Positions 61,944 through 64,000 of a stretch of DNA of 64,000 nt are shown in pieces. The DNA lies in NCBI GenBank assembly GCA_051294375.1, contig CM119265.1, positions 168,376 to 232,375 on the forward strand, read 5' to 3'. The stretch's first letter is position 1. Every line of letters begins with the position of its first letter. Origin of the DNA: Paraspadella gotoi (taxonomy: Eukaryota > Animalia > Chaetognatha). Below the pieces are notes generated by a model, which did no database searches, was not told the origin of the DNA, and saw only the letters and a program-made list of their open reading frames with translations. The position numbers were made by a program, and so were the translations under genes.

Positions 61944-62660
61944 AACAACTGTTGTAACCTGTCTTTGTTTTCTTCCTCCAGTCAGCACCCAGGGCGGTGG
62001 CTACAACAGTTGATATATTTTTACCCAGTATATTTGTATATAATTGTTTTGAATTTTGAATTTTATACTTTTGTTTTTCGTATTCGTACGAATTGATTAC
62101 TTTTTGCTTATTGATTCTCGTCAAGAGAAAGTCTGTCAAAGTCAATCGGAAGCGTCAATTTTAAAACCCATTTAATTTGAATATTTTAGTAATTTTTCAT
62201 CATACTTAACAATCATTCATTAGACGACAACGAATTTAATTGTGAAATATTAAGTACCTTATATTCCAACAGCGGGGGATTTGGCCGTCGAACGANNNNN
62301 NNNNNCAACAACAATACAAAATTAAAAAACAAAATCCCCGCTGTCAGGCCTAATGCCTAGAACAACTGTTGTAACCTGTCTTTGTTTTCTTCCTCCAGTC
62401 AGCACCCAGGGCGGTGGCTACAACAGTTGATATATTTTTACCCAGTATATTTGTATATAATTGTTTTGAATTTTGAATTTTATACTTTTGTTTTTCGTAT
62501 TCGTACGAATTGATTACTTTTTGCTTATTGATTCTCGTCAAGAGAAAGTCTGTCAAAGTCNNNNNNNNNNNNNNNNNNNNNNNNNNNNNNNNNNNNNNNN
62601 NNNNNNNNNNNNNNNNNNNNNNNNNNNNNNNNNNNNNNNNNNNNNNNNNNNNNNNNNNNN

Positions 62661-64000
62661 GACTTTGACAGACTTTCTCTTGACGAGAATCAATAAGCAA
62701 TTGATAATCAATTCGTACGTGTACGAAAAACAATGGTATAAAATTTCAAAATTCGAAACAATTATGTACAATAATACTGGGTAAAAACAATATATCAACT
62801 GTTGTAACCACCGCCCTGGGTGCTGATTGGAGGAAGAAAACAAAGACTGGTTGCAACAGTTGATCTAGGCATTAGGCCTGACAGCGGGGATTTTGTTTTT
62901 TGTTTTTGTATTGTCATTGTTATTGTTTTCCCCTTCCTGTCGTTTAATTAATTCCTTCAAAACTATAGCGTAAGTTGGGCGTTTTCTTAAGTCATAAGAC
63001 TTGTGAGAAAAGTTTTCTGGTGTCGGTCTTGAAAACCTACACGTTGGCTCAGATCTTGGGTTTTCTTGATCGTTGTTGTTGTTCGCTCGGTTTTGATTTT
63101 CTAGCGGCGAAGTTGATTCACTTGTCTCTTGATTTGAGGGTGAAGTCGAGGTCTGAGGTTGATCTGGCGCCGGGAGTGGGTCCTGTGGGGGGGGAGGTAG
63201 ATTTGTGGGAGAAGAGAGAGGTGTGGGGGGCGGGGAAGGTGTCGGGGAGGCCGCGCGCAGGTCCCGCCTATGAGTAGTCGCTGAACTTGATGCGCGGTTT
63301 CTCGAACGAGTAGTTCTTGAAGTTTGAGCTGGAATTCTTGTTCTCGGTCCCGGTTGTCGGCCAGGGCGTCTCTCTTGGCGCGGTTCCGGATCGTCTATCT
63401 GCCTGTCGTCTTCGCTGACCCAGGCGGGTTTGACTCTGGCGATGTTGATCGTCTCGTGGCCTTTGCTGGGTATGTCGACGGTCATGTTGAGTCCATTGCG
63501 ATGTACGACCCGGAAGGGACCTTCATAGGGAGGAACAAGGGGGGGATGAACACCGGCTCGCCTAATGAATACATACTTTGCTGTATTGAGATTCGTAGGG
63601 ATGTGGATTGCCGGTTGCCGGTGAGCAGATGTTTGCGTTGGCTGAAGGCGTGCCACTTCGACGCGGAGTCTTGACAATTGAGATCTTCTTTGTTGGTTTA
63701 GTCTTTCGTCGTTGACTTGTGGATCGCCTAGCATCGAGCCTGGTACGCCGATTCCTTCGCCAAAGACGAGGTCGGCGGCGGAGGCTCCGATGTCTTCTTT
63801 CACCGTTGTTCGAATTGCCAGTAGAGTAAGTGGCAATTTCCAATACCAGTTTTCTCTCTCGTTGTTTCCGAGCGCCATCAGAGATTCTTTTAGTCGCCTA
63901 TGGAATCTCTCGACCATCCCATTCGCCTGTGGATGGTAGGCGGTTGTTGTCTGGTTTTTTATGCCCCATGTTTTGGTTAGTTGCTGCCATAGATTAGATG
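62661..64000 (-). mobile_element. pol: Element H: integrase C-terminus and 3' UTR of a diverged G-family copy
   Basis: ORF 62865-63917 is similar to, but distinct from, the pol G tail. Confidence 0.9.

Larger units (their letters stand above)
56264..62295 (+). mobile_element. Ty3/Gypsy LTR retrotransposon G with intact ORFs (3' LTR cut by gap)
   Basis: 5' LTR ~56264-56934, PBS TGGTGAGCACGACG at 56937-56950, gag, pol, PPT to 62279, 3' LTR start TTTGGCCGTCG at 62280. Confidence 0.95.

Noticed and set aside
62306-62560. Duplication of the 3' UTR of G
   Set aside because: Identical to ~61886-62142 and enclosed by N gaps; assembly overlap.

Overview
Eukaryotic telomeric/subtelomeric scaffold with N-gaps and indel-rich, partly raw-read-quality sequence. 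It is dominated by at least five divergent families of Ty3/Gypsy LTR retrotransposons of the CsRn1/Kabuki type (CHCC Gag knuckle, tRNA-Trp-type PBS, 4-bp TSD), interleaved with (TTAGGG)n/(CCCTAA)n tracts. Main observation: nearly every visible outer LTR end abuts telomeric repeat in the same register (GGGT or ACCC), in either orientation, and one complete element (46043-52652) has a GGGT target-site duplication. This points to LTR elements that target the telomere repeat. Shared peculiarities: an antisense tRNA-like/Pol III (A/B-box) module in every readable LTR family, a D-G-G protease active site, a -1 slippery site with predicted pseudoknot at gag/pol, a long Pro-rich integrase tail ending in a conserved FS[RK]PxxxxFS...YxxxL motif, and covarying RNA stems in both UTRs. 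Also present: a ~670-bp TRIM with tRNA-derived LTRs, a 5'-truncated RLE-type non-LTR element inserted in an LTR's tRNA-like module, a probable solo LTR, a CCA-bearing tRNA-Lys retrocopy, and poorly resolved host-like coding fragments. Element labels A-H are mine.
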